Shown here: in pieces, positions 42,577 to 44,854 of the stretch | Numbering within the stretch: the stretch's first letter is position 1 | Layout: the number at the start of each line of letters is the position of its first letter | DNA from: an uncultured Clostridia bacterium | Lineage (GTDB): Bacteria > Bacillota > Clostridia > Christensenellales > CAG-917 | Assembly: GCA_947589635.1 (NCBI GenBank) | Contig: CANQCC010000002.1 | Coordinates: 1-44,854 of the forward strand | Direction: 5' to 3' | Length of the DNA: 44,854 nucleotides | Translations under genes and position numbers: made by a program | Notes under the pieces: generated by a model | What the model saw: only the letters and a program-made list of their open reading frames with translations | Told to the model about the DNA's origin: nothing | Database searches by the model: none

Positions 42577-44854
42577 ATGAAAAGAGTGCGGATAAGAAAA
42601 ATAATGATATTTTTGGCGCTTGCCATGGCGATAGCGCTTACTTTGGGCATGCTTACGGCATGCGATCTTACGGCGGGAAAGGACGACGACAATGCGACCG
42701 TTCCCGCGGTTCCCGAAGAGGATAACGCGCTGCACGACGATTTTTTTGACATGCTTTGGGGCGAGGATTGGCAGCAGAGCGCCGACGATCTTCCCGAGAG
42801 CGGCGACATAGAGCTAAGCCAATACGCCGCAAAATTTTACGCGCTTGGCGCGGCGGAAGTCCCCGCAGAGATAAAGAAGGGCGGCGACATATATTTTCAC
42901 ACTTCGATCGCGGGCAATTTCGGTCTGCGCGGCAAGGACGGAAGCAGCTTAGAGGCGGAGCTCGGGTTCGAGATCGAGGCAATTCTCGACAGGACGTCCA
43001 AAAATGCGGACGGAGAGCTGACAAGCGAAAATTCCGCCATAGGCGTACGCGTATATTCGGGGGCAGCTACCGTGATGGGCGCCTACTTCTTCATAGACGA
43101 CCCCACAAGTCTGTACTTTGACTTTGCGGGCAATCATATAAGGCTTTCCGCGGAGTTTGTGCACGACGGCGAGCTGATAAACGACGCTTTCGGCAAGGCT
43201 ATCGGCAGGGCGCTCGGCAAGGAATGTGAATTTGAATTTGGCAATATAGACATAAAATATTCGCTCAACAGCATTCTTGACGGCGTCCTCGAGGCGGCAA
43301 ACGGCAGATGGTCTCCACTTTCGGTGCTCAAGGCGTTTGCTGGCGCGCTGGGATACGATCCCGAACTTATAGAGGCTCCCGACGAATACGAAGTGGAGCT
43401 GATAAGGCAACTGTTCTCCGGCTGGCTCAAGGCGGAGAAGCACGGCAACGACTATAAAATCGGCATGGATACGACGGCGGGAGGCTCGCTTGCGCATACG
43501 CTTTTCAACAAGGCGCTCGGCCTTGATCTGATCTTCAACATGAACTTCAGCGAGGAGAACGGCAGGCTTAAGGACGGCGTGTACTTCGAGCTTGCGCTTC
43601 CGGGGCTTCTCACCAACGATGGCCGCTATCCCTACGCGGGGCTCAGGGTGAACGCCTTCGAGTTTGCGCCCGCGGACGGCAGAAAAGTCGAGACCGCAGC
43701 CGATCGCGAACAGTACAGCGCGGACATCTCCATAAAGGAGGAGGAATCCCTTTCTCCAAGCGGCGTGACCCTCTTCGGCGCGGAGCTCAAGACCATAAAA
43801 CTTACAAGAGCGTTCAGGCTTGACCTCGTCAACCCCATCGAGACAAATAAGACCATGCTCGATCTTCGCCTGAGTTACGGCGACGATACGGTGCTCGGCG
43901 CAAGTTTTGAGGGCGGCACTCTCACTTTCGAGGTCGACCCGACTGTGCTTTTCAAAGAGGATACTCTGCTTGGCAAGGCGTGCAAGGCGATCGCGGACTT
44001 CATTTACGAAAACTTGCTCGAAGAAGACGAGGAGCTCGCGCGCAAGATGGCGGACAAGATATACATCGGCGGCGCGGACGGCGACAGAGCGGCGCTCAAC
44101 CCCGAATTTACCGGGATGAGTATTTCCGGGATCTCCGTGCGGCAGATCGTGGACGACTACGTGGACAGCGTGTTCGAGGCGCACGACCTCTTTGAGAAGA
44201 TGCTTGAAGACGGCGCGGATCGGCTTCCCGACTTCGAAGCGCCCGATTTTGACTTCGAAGCGCCCGATTTCGGCGATTTCGGAGGTTTCGGCGACTTTGG
44301 CAAAGGCGATTCCAAATTCCCAAGCATGTCCGCATTCAATCTCGCGGGCATAATGCGCGGCAGGATCCTACCCGCGCTCGGCGAGTTGCTCTCCACCGTC
44401 AAAACTCTCGAGGACGGAAAGATCTGCGTGCGCTGCGACAGCGTGACTCAGATGTTGCTCGACGTGTGCAACAAGCTCGACGGGCTTGAAGGCGCGGACG
44501 CGTATACCCTTGGACAACTTATCGACGAGGTCGTGGACGGCACGCTCAAGGCGCTCGACTTCCTCGCGTCCGAAGGCATTATAACCTATGACGAACAGGC
44601 TCCATCCGCTCGCGCTCTTGCGGACGCCTGCTTTGAAAAGCTGACCTCCTTCGTCACTCTCGAAGGCGCCCCGACCTATGAAGAGGCGCGCGACATCCTT
44701 CTTTCCATCGGCGCAATAACCGAGGCCGACGACAGCTACTATACCGAGTACGCCCTCTATCTTATGCTCGCCTCCACCAGCGTCGAGTTGAATGTGGATG
44801 TGAACGACGGCATACGTTATACGGTGTCGGTCGGGGTGTTTGAGGCGGGGGTCA
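42577..44854 (+). CDS. Large lipoprotein of unknown function (more than 759 aa, 3' end beyond the window); absent from the supplied ORF track
   Basis: I translated frame 1 by hand from the ATG at 42577 (GGAGGGAG upstream) and found no stop codon up to base 44854. The N-terminus MKRVRIRKIMIFLALAMAIALTLGMLTAC is a lipoprotein signal. The protein is acidic and rich in Asp/Leu/Gly, and contains a DFEAPDF-DFEAPDF-GDFGGFGDFG repeat. Confidence 0.8.
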   Translation, partial: MKRVRIRKIMIFLALAMAIALTLGMLTACDLTAGKDDDNATVPAVPEEDNALHDDFFDMLWGEDWQQSADDLPESGDIELSQYAAKFYALGAAEVPAEIKKGGDIYFHTSIAGNFGLRGKDGSSLEAELGFEIEAILDRTSKNADGELTSENSAIGVRVYSGAATVMGAYFFIDDPTSLYFDFAGNHIRLSAEFVHDGELINDAFGKAIGRALGKECEFEFGNIDIKYSLNSILDGVLEAANGRWSPLSVLKAFAGALGYDPELIEAPDEYEVELIRQLFSGWLKAEKHGNDYKIGMDTTAGGSLAHTLFNKALGLDLIFNMNFSEENGRLKDGVYFELALPGLLTNDGRYPYAGLRVNAFEFAPADGRKVETAADREQYSADISIKEEESLSPSGVTLFGAELKTIKLTRAFRLDLVNPIETNKTMLDLRLSYGDDTVLGASFEGGTLTFEVDPTVLFKEDTLLGKACKAIADFIYENLLEEDEELARKMADKIYIGGADGDRAALNPEFTGMSISGISVRQIVDDYVDSVFEAHDLFEKMLEDGADRLPDFEAPDFDFEAPDFGDFGGFGDFGKGDSKFPSMSAFNLAGIMRGRILPALGELLSTVKTLEDGKICVRCDSVTQMLLDVCNKLDGLEGADAYTLGQLIDEVVDGTLKALDFLASEGIITYDEQAPSARALADACFEKLTSFVTLEGAPTYEEARDILLSIGAITEADDSYYTEYALYLMLASTSVELNVDVNDGIRYTVSVGVFEAGV

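Noticed and set aside
42949-44184. 411-aa minus-strand ORF
   Set aside because: It is antisense to the open-ended plus-strand lipoprotein ORF, which has an RBS and a lipoprotein signal. The minus-strand translation is Arg/Val/His-rich without features.

Overview
This 44.9-kb window is chromosomal DNA from what looks like a spore-forming Firmicute (Clostridia-like, moderately GC-rich). All calls rest on reading the sequence and ORF translations by eye and recognising motifs; no searches were run.

Most of the window is housekeeping and sporulation/germination genes:
- an OmpR-type two-component system next to a truncated tRNA
- a CDF transporter and an HSL-type esterase
- tmRNA (ssrA, tag ANKTQKSAPALAFAA)
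- a TldD/PmbA pair
- spoIIR, sleB-ypeB and yabP-yabQ
- a short alaS, a PHP phosphatase, greA and lysS
- a U32 peptidase plus a phosphoribosyltransferase
- a gerA-type germinant receptor operon
- a GDPD phosphodiesterase and gdhA

The less ordinary content is:
1. A translationally coupled pair of very large polytopic membrane proteins (27171-33078) with the same architecture and long Lys/Glu/Ala/Pro low-complexity tails. I recognised no domain in either.
2. An A+T-rich islet directly 3' of tmRNA. It carries a minimal XRE repressor, two perfect palindromic operators over a divergent promoter, a membrane protein with a double zinc ribbon, and a second zinc-ribbon protein.
3. A cobalamin riboswitch in front of a lipoprotein plus an ECF S-component-like gene.
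4. A ~125-nt direct repeat in a convergent intergenic region.
5. An AlaRS that ends right after the editing core, with no C-Ala domain.
6. A long lipoprotein ORF (42577 to the window end) that is missing from the supplied ORF track because it has no stop codon inside the window.

I found no CRISPR array, integrase, transposase or rRNA. None of these candidates is demonstrably a new system from sequence alone. The giant membrane-protein pair and the tmRNA-adjacent islet are the best leads.
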